The notes beneath the pieces are model-generated. The model did not search any database and was not told the origin of the DNA. It saw only the letters and a program-made list of their open reading frames with translations. From Clostridiales bacterium (lineage in GTDB: Bacteria; Bacillota; Clostridia; TANB77; CAG-508): DNA of 32,000 bases. Every line of letters starts with the position of its first letter. The first letter of the stretch is position 1. The position numbers and the translations under genes are program-made. Of the stretch, positions 1-9,198 are shown in pieces. The stretch spans positions 1,580 to 33,579 of the forward strand of contig DPDV01000003.1 of NCBI GenBank assembly GCA_003534295.1. The letters run 5' to 3'.

Positions 1-465
1 TTCCAAAGCATAGTATTCACATTGAACTGGTATTAAAACACTATCAGATGCGGTAAATGCATTTAATGTAATTAAACCTAATGAAGGAGGGCAATCAATT
101 ATTATGTAATCATAATTATTCTTTTTTGGATCTAATTTTTCTTTTAGTCTGTACTCTCTTTTCTCCATATTAACAAGTTGTACCTCTGCCCCTGCCAAAT
201 TTATATTTGAAGCACATATATCTAGATTTTTTATTTTAGTCTTTTGAATTGCTTCATTCAATTCTATATCTTCAATTAATAAGTCATACACTGAAATTTC
301 TACTTCTTTATCTCCACCTACGCCACTTGTTGCGTTGCCTTGTGGGTCTGCATCTATCATTAATACTTTTTTTCCTTTTTTAGCTAAGATAGTGCTTAAA
401 TTTATTGCGGTAGTAGTCTTTCCGACTCCTCCTTTTTGATTTGCTATTGATATTACTTTTCCCAA
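1..465 (-). CDS. soj: ParA/Soj chromosome-partitioning ATPase (N-terminal 155 codons only; the gene runs off the window start)
   Basis: Reverse translation gives (M)[33 protein letters not shown], with the deviant Walker A KGGVGKT. GGAGG lies 8 nt upstream of the in-frame TTG at 465. The upstream ATG at 480 has no SD. Confidence 0.85.
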   Translation of the reverse strand, partial: MGKVISIANQKGGVGKTTTAINLSTILAKKGKKVLMIDADPQGNATSGVGGDKEVEISVYDLLIEDIELNEAIQKTKIKNLDICASNINLAGAEVQLVNMEKREYRLKEKLDPKKNNYDYIIIDCPPSLGLITLNAFTASDSVLIPVQCEYYALE

Positions 466-502
466 ATTGATTGCCTCCATTTATAAAAAATTTAACATAT
501 TA

Positions 503-531
503 ATAATATAAAAATATTATTAATATGTCAA
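503..531 (-). promoter_or_regulatory. Candidate sigma-A promoter for soj: TTGACA-17-TATTAT
   Basis: On the minus strand, TTGACA is at 531-526, the spacer is 17 nt and TATTAT is at 508-503. It overlaps a perfect 15-bp palindrome (495-509 / 514-528). Confidence 0.45.
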
Positions 532-577
532 TGAAATTTTTTAAAATATTTTATTTTTTTTGTATCTTCTACATATT

Positions 578-1294
578 CTAAGCAATCGGCTCCTTTGCAG
601 GTGTACCAGGCTTTCTAGGGTATTGCTTTGGTGTTTCCCTTACTTTTTTTATTAATATAATATTTCTAGAAATATCTGTACTAGGAAGTACCATTTTATC
701 TACTTTTATTATTTCACCACCTAAAATATTTAGAGCTTTCTTTGATTGTTCTATTTCCTCATCTATGTTAGAACCTTTCATACAAATACATTTTCCGCCA
801 ACTTTTACTAATGGCATCATATATTCTAATAAGATATTTAATTTTGCTACCGCTCTTGAGGTGACTACATTGTAATGCTCTCTATGATTACAGTTTTTTC
901 CTATTTCTTCAACTCTGCCATGTATCGCCTCTACATTATTAAGTTTAAGAGCATCTTTAACCTTTAATAAGAAATTTATTCTCTTGTTTAATGAATCTAC
1001 TAGTGTTATTTTATTCTCCATTTTTGTTATTGCAAGTGGTATACCTGGAAATCCAGCACCTGTTCCAATATCAATTATTGTTTCTCCTTCTTCAATATAT
1101 TTATTTATTGTTAAACTATCTATAAAATGTTTTAATATTACTTCATTTTCTTCTGTTATTGCGGTTAAATTAATTTTTTCATTCCATTCTAATAGTAATT
1201 TCATATATTGATAGAATTGTTTGCACATTTGTTCATCTATTTCAACATCAATTTTCCTTGATAATTCTATAATTGTTTTATTAAAGTTTTCCAT
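578..1294 (-). CDS. rsmG: 16S rRNA (guanine527-N7)-methyltransferase RsmG (GidB)
   Basis: 238-aa ORF with the SAM-binding motif DIGTGAGFPGIPLAI. It sits directly downstream of mnmG, which is the conserved position. Confidence 0.9.
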   Translation of the reverse strand: MENFNKTIIELSRKIDVEIDEQMCKQFYQYMKLLLEWNEKINLTAITEENEVILKHFIDSLTINKYIEEGETIIDIGTGAGFPGIPLAITKMENKITLVDSLNKRINFLLKVKDALKLNNVEAIHGRVEEIGKNCNHREHYNVVTSRAVAKLNILLEYMMPLVKVGGKCICMKGSNIDEEIEQSKKALNILGGEIIKVDKMVLPSTDISRNIILIKKVRETPKQYPRKPGTPAKEPIA

Positions 1295-1296
1295 TC

Positions 1297-3177
1297 TTAA
1301 ATTTTTCCTTTCATTTGCTCTAAATATACTAATAATACTGATATATCAGCTGGTGAAACACCTGATATTCTGCTTGCTTGTCCTACTGATATAGGTTTTA
1401 CTTTGTCTAATTTTTGTCTAGCCTCTAATCGTAATCCTTTTATTTCATCATATCTTATTTTTTCTGGTATTACTTTATTTTCTAATTTTTTAAATTTTTC
1501 TACTTGCTCTTCTTGTAACTTTATATATCCTTCATATTTTATTTGTATTTCTACCTCTTCTATTACTTCGTTTGGTAAATCTTCTCTTTCTATATCTATT
1601 GGTTGCAATATTTCATATGTAATTTCTGTTCTTTTTAGCAAATCAGCTAATTTTACACCTGTATCTATTGAAGAAGAATTAAATTTTCTTAATAATTGAT
1701 TTACTTCATCAGTTGGCTTTATTGTTGTTTTTTTCAATCTATTTATCTCTTCTTCTATCATCTCTTTTTTATTTTTGAATTCATTATATCTTTTTTCACT
1801 TATTAAGCCTACCCTATATCCTATTGGTGTCAATCTTAAATCCGCATTGTCCTGCCTTAGTAGTAATCTATATTCTGCCCTTGAGGTCATCATTCTATAC
1901 GGCTCGTTTGTCCCTTTGGTAACTATATCATCAATCAAAACACCTATATATCCATCTGATCTTTTTAAAATTAATGGAGTTTCCTTTTTTATTTTCAAAC
2001 CTGCATTAATTCCTGCCACTAAGCCCTGAACAGCTGCTTCTTCATATCCAGATGTTCCATTTATTTGTCCTGCAAAAAACATTCCTTCTATTTTTTTATG
2101 CTCTAATGATAGCTTAAGTTCCATAGGATTTATACAATCATATTCTATAGCATATGCCGGTCTTGTAAATTCCACATTTTCTAAGCCAGCTATTGTTCTA
2201 TACATCTCTATTTGCACGTCTTCCGGAAGTGATGAGCTCATTCCTTGCACATACATTTCTTCTGTATTTTCTCCCATAGGTTCTATAAATATTTGGTGTC
2301 TCTCTTTATCAGCAAATCTTACTACTTTATCTTCTATAGATGGACAATATCTTGGTCCTGTAGCATCTATTTTACCAGAATATAATGGTGAACGATATAA
2401 ATTTTTCCTTATAACTTCATGAGTTTTTTCATTTGTATATGTTAAGTAACATGGCAACTGTTTTGTATCCTTGTCAATTTTGTCCTCTAGTGAAAAAGCT
2501 TCTGGATTAATATCTCCTTCTTGTATTTCCATTTTAGAAAAATCTACGCTTTTTCTATTAATTCTTGCAGGAGTCCCAGTTTTAAATCTAAATATTTCTA
2601 TATTTAATCTTTTTAATACATCCGCAAGTTTAATAGATGGAAATACTCCATCTGGTCCACTATCATAATTGGTTTCACCTATATGTATTTTTCCCCTTAA
2701 ATATGTTCCTGTCGCAATTATTACACATTCAACATTATAAATTGCGCCTACATTTGTCTCTATACTTTTTACCTTATCATTTTCTACACATATATCCACA
2801 ATTTCTGCTTGTTTAAGAAATAGATTCTCTTGTTTTTCCAATGTATGTTTCATTTCTGCTTGATATTTTTTTCTGTCCGCCTGTGCCCTTAAAGAATACA
2901 CAGCTGGTCCTTTTGATGTATTTAACATTCTTATTTGTGTAAAAGATTTGTCTATATTCTTGCCCATCTCTCCCCCTAGGCAGTCTAATTCTCTAACCAG
3001 ATGACCTTTTGAACTTCCTCCTATGTGTGGATTACATGGCATATTTGCAACTGCTTCTAATGTAGTAGAAAATAGTAAAGTTTTTAAACCCATTCTTGCA
3101 GTAGCAAGTGCTGCTTCACATCCAGCATGGCCTGCGCCAATAACTGCTATATCATATTTTCCTGCATCATATTTCAT
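1297..3177 (-). CDS. mnmG: tRNA uridine 5-carboxymethylaminomethyl modification enzyme MnmG (GidA)
   Basis: 626 aa. N-terminal FAD fold [32 protein letters not shown] 8 nt upstream of the ATG. Conserved origin-region synteny. Confidence 0.95.
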   Translation of the reverse strand: MKYDAGKYDIAVIGAGHAGCEAALATARMGLKTLLFSTTLEAVANMPCNPHIGGSSKGHLVRELDCLGGEMGKNIDKSFTQIRMLNTSKGPAVYSLRAQADRKKYQAEMKHTLEKQENLFLKQAEIVDICVENDKVKSIETNVGAIYNVECVIIATGTYLRGKIHIGETNYDSGPDGVFPSIKLADVLKRLNIEIFRFKTGTPARINRKSVDFSKMEIQEGDINPEAFSLEDKIDKDTKQLPCYLTYTNEKTHEVIRKNLYRSPLYSGKIDATGPRYCPSIEDKVVRFADKERHQIFIEPMGENTEEMYVQGMSSSLPEDVQIEMYRTIAGLENVEFTRPAYAIEYDCINPMELKLSLEHKKIEGMFFAGQINGTSGYEEAAVQGLVAGINAGLKIKKETPLILKRSDGYIGVLIDDIVTKGTNEPYRMMTSRAEYRLLLRQDNADLRLTPIGYRVGLISEKRYNEFKNKKEMIEEEINRLKKTTIKPTDEVNQLLRKFNSSSIDTGVKLADLLKRTEITYEILQPIDIEREDLPNEVIEEVEIQIKYEGYIKLQEEQVEKFKKLENKVIPEKIRYDEIKGLRLEARQKLDKVKPISVGQASRISGVSPADISVLLVYLEQMKGKI

Positions 3178-3298
3178 ATATACATTCTCCTTTTTTCATT
3201 AAACCCATTATTTAAGCCGTTTTCCATGAAACAGAAACACGGTTTTGTCCAAACACTATTTTTATCAATATTTATATTTTTTATTATTTAGTCCATTA

Positions 3299-3327
3299 TA
3301 TTTAAAAACGTTTTGTCTTTTTGTCAA
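3299..3327 (-). promoter_or_regulatory. Candidate promoter for mnmG: TTGACA-17-TAAATA
   Basis: On the minus strand, TTGACA is at 3327-3322, the spacer is 17 nt and TAAATA is at 3304-3299. It lies in the 223-bp mnmE-mnmG spacer. Confidence 0.35.
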
Positions 3328-3400
3328 ATAATGCCACTTTTGTTTTCAACATTTTCCTTTGTATCCCTACTCTTGCAAGGCTTTACCTATAGGTTAAATT

Positions 3401-4777
3401 TTATTTTCCAAGACAAAATTTAGAAAAAATTTCGTTTATAATATCTTCTGACACATTATCGCCTGTTATCTTACTTAAATCTTCTAATATTTGCTTTATA
3501 TATATTGCAATAATATCTATTGGCATATTTTCATCAACTGTTTTTATAGCGTTAATAACATTTTTTATTGCCATACTTATCTGATTCTTGTGCCTAATGT
3601 TTGTTATAACCGTTTCTTCTCCTTTTTCTATCTCCTCAAAATCAAACATTTCTGTTATCGCATCATATAGTTCATTTAAGCCATTTTTTGTTTTAGTAGA
3701 TATCTTTATTGTCTTTTTATTTAAACTGGCTATTTTTTTATTCTCGTCGTTCATCTTATCTTCCTTATCTATTTTGTTTAATAAGATAATGGCATTTTTA
3801 TTTTTTATTAATTCCAATATTTTTTCATCATCTTCTTCTAAATTATTTGAATTATCAAAAATTGCAATTATTAAGTCAGATTCATCAATTAAATTTATAG
3901 CTTTTTCTACTCCAATTTTTTCTATTTTATCACTTGTATTTCTTATTCCAGCTGTATCCACAATTTTTATAGGAATTCCATTTATAGAAATATACTCTTC
4001 TATTGTATCTCTTGTTGTACCTTCTATTTCACTAACAATAGCTCTGTCTTCCTTTAACAGTAAATTCAAAAGCGACGACTTACCTGTATTAGGTTTTCCA
4101 ATTATAACTGTTTTTACTCCATCTCTTAATATTTTACCATTATCAAAACTTTTTTCTAAATGTTCTAATTCTTCTTTTACAGATTTTAATTTTTTTTCAA
4201 CACTCTTCTGTGTAACATTTTCTATATCATACTCTGGGTAATCTATTGTTGCTTCTATGTCTGCCATTATGTCTAATAGTTGTTTTTTTATCAGATTTAT
4301 TTCCTTTGAAAGTCCTCCCTTAAGTTGATTTATAGAAGCCTTTGCTTCTCTACTTGTTTTAGAATTAATCAAATCCATGACAGATTCTGCTTGCGCTAAA
4401 TCCATTCTTCCATTTAAGAAAGCTCTTTTTGTAAATTCTCCTGGTTCAGCCAATATAGCCCCATTTTTTATACATAATTCTAAAATTTCTTTTTCTACAA
4501 CGATTCCCCCGTGAGAATTAATTTCGCACATATCCTCTGTTGTATAGCTTTTTGGACTTTTAAAGTATGAAACTAAAACCTCATCTATTTTTTCATTAGT
4601 TTCTTTATTTACTATGTATCCATATTTAATAGAATAACCTTTTATTTTATCTATATTTTCTTTTTTAGCAGGTTCAAATATTTTGTCTAAAATATCAAAA
4701 CATTCTTTTCCGCTCATTCTTATTATACCTATTCCTCCTGCTCCCATCGCAGTTGATATAGCAGCAATTGTATTCAT
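3401..4777 (-). CDS. mnmE: tRNA modification GTPase MnmE (TrmE)
   Basis: 458 aa. G1 motif GKPNTGKSSLLN, DTAGIR G3 motif and C-terminal CLGK tetrapeptide. AGGAGG SD. Confidence 0.95.
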   Translation of the reverse strand: MNTIAAISTAMGAGGIGIIRMSGKECFDILDKIFEPAKKENIDKIKGYSIKYGYIVNKETNEKIDEVLVSYFKSPKSYTTEDMCEINSHGGIVVEKEILELCIKNGAILAEPGEFTKRAFLNGRMDLAQAESVMDLINSKTSREAKASINQLKGGLSKEINLIKKQLLDIMADIEATIDYPEYDIENVTQKSVEKKLKSVKEELEHLEKSFDNGKILRDGVKTVIIGKPNTGKSSLLNLLLKEDRAIVSEIEGTTRDTIEEYISINGIPIKIVDTAGIRNTSDKIEKIGVEKAINLIDESDLIIAIFDNSNNLEEDDEKILELIKNKNAIILLNKIDKEDKMNDENKKIASLNKKTIKISTKTKNGLNELYDAITEMFDFEEIEKGEETVITNIRHKNQISMAIKNVINAIKTVDENMPIDIIAIYIKQILEDLSKITGDNVSEDIINEIFSKFCLGK

Positions 4778-4789
4778 TATTATCCTCCT

Positions 4790-4841
4790 AAAAAAGTCAA
4801 AGTTAGAAATAGTGTTAAAACTAAAATCTGAACTTTGACTT
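4790..4841 (-). terminator. Hairpin plus T-run between jag and mnmE (terminator or attenuator)
   Basis: 11-bp arms AAGTCAAAGTT (4794-4804) and AACTTTGACTT (4831-4841) with a 26-nt loop. On the minus strand it is followed by a T-run and then directly by the mnmE SD. Confidence 0.4.
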
Positions 4842-4851
4842 CTGATTTTTA

Positions 4852-5535
4852 TTATTTATTTTTTGATATAACTATTTTTCTATAAGGTTCTTCTCCCTTA
4901 CTAAATGTTTTTACTTTCTCATTATTTTGTAATCTAGTATGTATTATTTTTCTCTCATATGCTGGCATTGGTTCTAGCATTATAGTTTTTCCTGTTTTTA
5001 TTACAGTTTTTGAAATTTTGTCTGCTAAATCCTCTAAAACCTTTTTTCTTTTTTCTCTATAACCTGCAATATCTAATATTATTCTTACCTTCCCCATTAC
5101 ATTTTTATTAGCAATTGTAGACATTACTATCTGTATTGAATTTAAGGTTTCTCCTCTATAGCCTATTAGCTTACTTGAATCATTTCCCTTTAATTCAACA
5201 TTTATGTCATTTCCATTTACCTTTATATCATAATCAAAATCTTCAAACTTTGTAGAGAATTCATCTAAAAAAACTGTTAAATTCTTTTTTGCTATTTCTA
5301 TTTGCTCTGGAGTAATTTGATTAACATGTTCTTGCATTGGAGCATAATGTTCTTTTACATCTTTTAATGTTAGCTCCACTTTTACCACTCTTGGTGCTAA
5401 AATACTAAAGAAGCTTCTTTTTTCTGCATTTTCTAATACCTTTATGTTTACTTTATCCTTTGATACATTTAGTTGTTTTAATCCATTTTCTATTGCTTCT
5501 GCTGTAGTTTTTCCCTCTGCTATTACGCTATTCAT
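4852..5535 (-). CDS. jag: Jag/KhpB-type RNA-binding protein (Jag_N, KH, R3H)
   Basis: Begins MNSVIAEGKTTAEAIENGL. The C-terminal ERKIIH..PYRK region looks R3H-like. GGAGG lies 9 nt upstream of the ATG at 5535. The track start at 5541 is a TTG too close to the SD. It follows yidC, which is the conserved order. Confidence 0.85.
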   Translation of the reverse strand: MNSVIAEGKTTAEAIENGLKQLNVSKDKVNIKVLENAEKRSFFSILAPRVVKVELTLKDVKEHYAPMQEHVNQITPEQIEIAKKNLTVFLDEFSTKFEDFDYDIKVNGNDINVELKGNDSSKLIGYRGETLNSIQIVMSTIANKNVMGKVRIILDIAGYREKRKKVLEDLADKISKTVIKTGKTIMLEPMPAYERKIIHTRLQNNEKVKTFSKGEEPYRKIVISKNK

Positions 5536-6403
5536 TTTCAATTTCCTCCTTTTGATTTATAAATTTATCTATAATTAATCTTTCAATTATCATTAATACA
5601 TTACTTATAAACCAATATAACGCTAATCCTAAAGGAGCTATAATTGCTATTAATACAGACATTATTGGCATCATATATGACATATTATTATTCATTTGTT
5701 GCATCATTTCCATTTCGTCTGGTTGTTTTTCCTCTTTTATGTTATCTTTATCGTTTGCTTCACATAACAATTTTTTCTCTTTTTTTGTACTATTTTTATT
5801 ACTCATCTTTGTTGTTAATTTTATTGAAATTATAGAAGAAATAACATACAGTATTGGAATTATATATACCTTATAATCATCCAAGCTTTGTGTTGGTACT
5901 TTACTTAAATCTAATCCTAAGAATTCCATATTTATATATACTTCTGGATCTTCTGCCGCTTTTTTATTTATTATTGCTATTTCTGTATATGAAGAATTCG
6001 TTCCATCTTCTTTTAGCTCTTGAGCATATTTTTCTATTATTTCTGGATTAATTTTTTTCATATATGTTAGAGGCTTACTTACAAGCCAAAATACAGATAA
6101 TATTATTACTATTTGTAAAATCCCACTAAGGCAACCACTAAATGGCCCCATTTTTTCTCTTTTATATAACTCTATTGTCTCTTGATTTAATCTTTCCGGA
6201 TTTGACCTATATTTTTCCTGTATTTCTTTCATTTCTTTTTGCAGTTTAGCATTTTTCTTTAATGCTTTTTGCTGTTTTATTGTTATTGGTATTAAAATTA
6301 TTCTAAGTAATACAGAAAAGACAATTATTGCAATTCCATAATTATTAAATATTCCATACAAAAAATTTAACACGTAGCCAAATATTTCCGAAATAAAACC
6401 CAT
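5528..6403 (-). CDS. yidC: Membrane protein insertase YidC/OxaA
   Basis: Multi-TM protein with YGIAIIVFSVLLRIILIPITIKQQK, a typical YidC first helix. Start chosen at MGFISEIF (ATG at 6403, AAGGAAGGA 12 nt upstream). ATGs at 6415 and 6430 are alternatives. Confidence 0.85.
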   Translation of the reverse strand: MGFISEIFGYVLNFLYGIFNNYGIAIIVFSVLLRIILIPITIKQQKALKKNAKLQKEMKEIQEKYRSNPERLNQETIELYKREKMGPFSGCLSGILQIVIILSVFWLVSKPLTYMKKINPEIIEKYAQELKEDGTNSSYTEIAIINKKAAEDPEVYINMEFLGLDLSKVPTQSLDDYKVYIIPILYVISSIISIKLTTKMSNKNSTKKEKKLLCEANDKDNIKEEKQPDEMEMMQQMNNNMSYMMPIMSVLIAIIAPLGLALYWFISNVLMIIERLIIDKFINQKEEIENE

Positions 6404-6458
6404 ATTTACTATCATTCCTTCCTTAGGCATGAATTTTTTTAATATATTTAATCTTTTA

Positions 6459-6677
6459 CTACTTTAAAGGGTCATATCCACCTTTTGAAAATGGATTACA
6501 CTTTAAAATTCTGATTATTCCTAAACAAACTCCTCTAATTGAGCCATACTTTTCTATTGCTTGTTTTGTATATTCTGAGCAAGATGGATAATACTTACAC
6601 TTAATTCCTGTAGAACTGATTAATGGTGATAGCCTTTTTTGATAAAATAAAATCATCTTTATAAATATAGCTTTCAT
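6459..6677 (-). CDS. yidD: Membrane protein insertion efficiency factor YidD
   Basis: 72 aa with the conserved C.YYPSCSEY..QAIEKYG motif. It lies between rnpA and yidC. Confidence 0.9.
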   Translation of the reverse strand: MKAIFIKMILFYQKRLSPLISSTGIKCKYYPSCSEYTKQAIEKYGSIRGVCLGIIRILKCNPFSKGGYDPLK

Positions 6678-7015
6678 TCCATTATTCCTGCCTTGCTAAA
6701 AATATTTTCCATATCTTTTTTTATAGTGTGAAAGTTCAATTTATCTATTTCAGTGTTTTTATTCCATAGAAATACTATATTATTTCCTTTTTTTATCTTA
6801 TCTTCAATTAGTCTATAATTTTCTTTTATTTTCCTCTTTATGTTATTTCTTTTAACTGCGTTACATAATTTAGAACTAATTGCAATTCCTATTAAATTTT
6901 CATTGAGTTTGTTCTTAGAAATATAAATAAGAATTTGTTTTCCCGCGTACATCTTTCCTTTTGTTAACACATTTTTAAACTCATAATTTTTTCTTAATGT
7001 TTTCTTTTTTTTCAT
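6674..7015 (-). CDS. rnpA: RNase P protein component RnpA
   Basis: Basic ~113-aa protein starting MKKKKTLRKNYEFKNV, immediately downstream of rpmH. The ATG at 7015 is preferred to the track TTG at 7027. Confidence 0.85.
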   Translation of the reverse strand: MKKKKTLRKNYEFKNVLTKGKMYAGKQILIYISKNKLNENLIGIAISSKLCNAVKRNNIKRKIKENYRLIEDKIKKGNNIVFLWNKNTEIDKLNFHTIKKDMENIFSKAGIME

Positions 7016-7046
7016 AAAATCACTCAAATTCTATATTTTCTATTTC

Positions 7047-7074
7047 AAAAAGGTCACATTCACGTGACCTTTTC
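7047..7074 (-). terminator. Hairpin with T-run between rpmH and rnpA (partial terminator)
   Basis: AAAAAGGTCAC / GTGACCTTTTC inverted repeat. On the minus strand the stem is followed by TTTTTG. Confidence 0.5.
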
Positions 7075-7076
7075 TC

Positions 7077-7211
7077 TTACGCACTTATTTTTTTTCTTCC
7101 TTTTGCACGTCTTGCCTTTAATATTTTTCTTCCTGATGCTGTTTTCATTCTTTTCATAAAACCATGTTCTTTTTGTTCTTGTCTTTTTTTAGGTTGATAT
7201 GTTCTTTTCAT
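7077..7211 (-). CDS. rpmH: 50S ribosomal protein L34
   Basis: Not in the ORF track because it is shorter than 60 aa. Hand translation gives [53 protein letters not shown] upstream. Confidence 0.95.
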   Translation of the reverse strand: MKRTYQPKKRQEQKEHGFMKRMKTASGRKILKARRAKGRKKISA

Positions 7212-7281
7212 TTTTGCACCTCCTGCATATTATTTCTCTATCGTAATAGATATATTTAACTTTATTTTCACAAGTAGTATA

Positions 7282-7311
7282 ATTATATAACACTTAATAT
7301 GAATATGTCAA
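7282..7311 (-). promoter_or_regulatory. Candidate rpmH promoter: TTGACA-18-TATAAT
   Basis: On the minus strand, TTGACA is at 7311-7306 and TATAAT at 7287-7282. An alternative reading is a 16-nt spacer with TGtTATATA. Confidence 0.5.
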
Positions 7312-7344
7312 TATTTAGAAGTAACTTTTCACAATTTTTAAAAG

Positions 7345-7512
7345 TTTTCCACATTTATTTATTTTATGTATTGACTATTTTGTTACATTTTTGATATGAT
7401 AGAAAAACAGTAGGGCAACAAGACTTTTCTAGATTTTTGTTTTTACTATTTTATAATAATAAATTTATTTACACACAGAGTTATCAACATTTGTGGATAA
7501 CTCTGTGGATAA
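7345..7512. promoter_or_regulatory. oriC, dnaA-upstream DnaA-box cluster
   Basis: Two perfect boxes on the complement (TGTGGATAA at 7492-7500 and 7504-7512). One-mismatch boxes are TTATCAACA at 7481-7489 and TTTTCCACA at 7345-7353. All lie just upstream of the dnaA start. Confidence 0.8.
7371..7400 (+). promoter_or_regulatory. Candidate dnaA promoter: TTGACT-18-TGaTATGAT (extended -10)
   Basis: TTGACT at 7371-7376, TG at 7392-7393 and TATGAT at 7395-7400. Confidence 0.5.
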
Positions 7513-7532
7513 CTGGAAGGATTGAAAAAGAA

Positions 7533-8870
7533 ATGCAGAGGGAAGAATTAGATGAATTTTTAGAAAAAACAAAAGAATTGTTAAAAGGTGAAGTTACAAA
7601 AATATCTTATGAGACATGGATTAAAGATTTAGAATTGCAAAGTATGGATAATAACACTATCGTTTTAGTAGCACATACACAATTCCAAAAAGATTCCATA
7701 ATGTCACGTTATTATGAATTATTCAAAAACACTTTTAAATATTTAACAAACAAAGAATGGGATATTACAGTTATATTAAATGAAGATAATGAAGATGAGC
7801 AAGAATCATCTATATCACAAGTAGGACAATACACTCAAACTTTAAATTCTAACTTAAATCCTAAATATACGTTTGAAAGTTTTGTTGTTGGAAATAACAA
7901 TAGATTTGCACATGCTGCTGCGTTAGCTGTAGCAGAAGCTCCTGCCACATCATATAATCCACTTTTTTTATATGGTGGCGTTGGTTTGGGCAAAACTCAT
8001 TTAATGCATGCTATTGCAAATGAAATATTAGTACATAATAAAAATACAAGTATATTATATGTTACTTCTGAAAAATTCACTAATCAATTAATTAATGCAA
8101 TTAAAGATAATAAAAACGAACAATTCAGAAATAAATATAGAAATATAGATGTATTGTTAATAGATGATATTCAATTTATTGCAGGTAAAGAAAGAATTCA
8201 AGAAGAATTTTTTCATACTTTTAATGCGCTTCATGAAAGTGGTAAACAAATAGTTATATCTAGTGATAGGCCTCCTAAAGATATTAATTTTCTAGAAGAT
8301 AGATTAAAGTCAAGGTTTGAATGGGGTCTTATTGCTGACATTTCAAATCCAGATTATGAAACACGTTTAGCTATTTTAAGAAAGAAAGCACAATTAGATA
8401 ATATTATTATAGATGACGATATTTTATCTAACATTGCTACAAAAATAGATTCTAATATAAGAGAATTAGAAGGTACATTAAATAAATTAATTGCTAAAGC
8501 TTCTTTAATCAATAGTCCAATAACTATGGAGATGGCTGAAAAAGCAATTAATGATGTTGTTACTCAAAAAGAAAAAGTACTTTCAATAGAATTGATACAA
8601 GAAACAATTTCTAAATATTTTAATATTACTGTTAATGATTTAAAAGGAATAAAAAGGTCTGCTGATGTAACATTTCCTAGACAAATTGCAATGTATTTAT
8701 GTAGAAGTGTTGCTGGACAACCATTGACAGTGATAGGAGCTAAATTTGGAAAAAGAGATCATACTACAGTTTTACACGCTTGTAATAAAATCGAGAATGA
8801 AGTAAAAGAAAATCCAAGCACAAAAAGAATTGTGGATAGTGTTAAAAACTTGCTTACATCAGACAAATAA
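7533..8870 (+). CDS. dnaA: Chromosomal replication initiator DnaA
   Basis: 445 aa from MQREELDEF. AAA+ Walker A GGVGLGKTHLMHAI, Walker B LLIDDIQF and C-terminal DNA-binding signature KRDHTTVLHA. The track start at 7437 would translate through the DnaA boxes, so it was rejected. Confidence 0.95.
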   Translation: MQREELDEFLEKTKELLKGEVTKISYETWIKDLELQSMDNNTIVLVAHTQFQKDSIMSRYYELFKNTFKYLTNKEWDITVILNEDNEDEQESSISQVGQYTQTLNSNLNPKYTFESFVVGNNNRFAHAAALAVAEAPATSYNPLFLYGGVGLGKTHLMHAIANEILVHNKNTSILYVTSEKFTNQLINAIKDNKNEQFRNKYRNIDVLLIDDIQFIAGKERIQEEFFHTFNALHESGKQIVISSDRPPKDINFLEDRLKSRFEWGLIADISNPDYETRLAILRKKAQLDNIIIDDDILSNIATKIDSNIRELEGTLNKLIAKASLINSPITMEMAEKAINDVVTQKEKVLSIELIQETISKYFNITVNDLKGIKRSADVTFPRQIAMYLCRSVAGQPLTVIGAKFGKRDHTTVLHACNKIENEVKENPSTKRIVDSVKNLLTSDK

Positions 8871-9047
8871 TTCATATATAAATAACTATATGGTTTTTTC
8901 AAAAATTTGTGTTTGATAAAATTGTGTTTGCAAAAAAAATTGCTTTCTCTTCCTACGGAAACAATGCATTAGATATTCACATATAATTGTTAATTGTTTG
9001 TATAAAACTTGTTAATATTAAACTTACTCACAAAATAATTTTCACAC

Positions 9048-9183
9048 TGTAGATAACTTTATTAGTTTTCCACGAAATTATTAACATTGTTTTTCTTAAG
9101 GAAATAAGATATGCACAGGGTTTTCCACATAATCCACATAACCTACTATTACTACTACTAAAAATATTAAATTATATTATAAT
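9048..9183. promoter_or_regulatory. oriC core between dnaA and dnaN: DnaA boxes, DnaA-trio-like repeats, AT-rich unwinding element
   Basis: Boxes are TGTAGATAA at 9048-9056, TTTTCCACG at 9066-9074, TTTTCCACA at 9121-9129 and TAATCCACA at 9130-9138. A 4-nt spacer follows, then CTA CTA TTA CTA CTA CTA at 9143-9160 (complement TAG/TAA trios). A pure A/T run follows at 9161-9183. Confidence 0.75.
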
Positions 9184-9198
9184 AAGGAGACGATAAAA

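Noticed and set aside
3215-3250. Imperfect hairpin (CCGT(G)TTTC..GAAAACGG on the minus strand) in the mnmG leader, considered as a riboswitch or attenuator
   Set aside because: It is a short bulged stem with no U-tract, no alternative structure and no recognisable riboswitch core.
3588-4241. 217-aa plus-strand ORF antisense to mnmE. Similar long antisense ORFs occur at 984-1211, 1403-2029, 11334-11916, 12314-13600, 15557-15940, 16319-17122, 17459-18281, 19215-19421, 20187-21065, 25606-25803, 26678-26911 and 28723-29790.
   Set aside because: All lie opposite well-supported genes. They are Ser/Phe/Ile/Leu-rich low-complexity shadows of AT-rich purine-biased coding strands, and they lack SD sequences.
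7437-7532. N-terminal extension of dnaA in the ORF track (start at 7437, 477 aa)
   Set aside because: The extension translates straight through the DnaA boxes (7481-7512) and has no SD. The ATG at 7533 gives a normal 445-aa DnaA starting MQREELDEF.
8907-8930. Direct repeat TTGTGTTTG (8907-8915 and 8922-8930) downstream of dnaA
   Set aside because: There are only two 9-nt copies in T-rich DNA, and I know of no matching motif. This is too weak to call a binding site.
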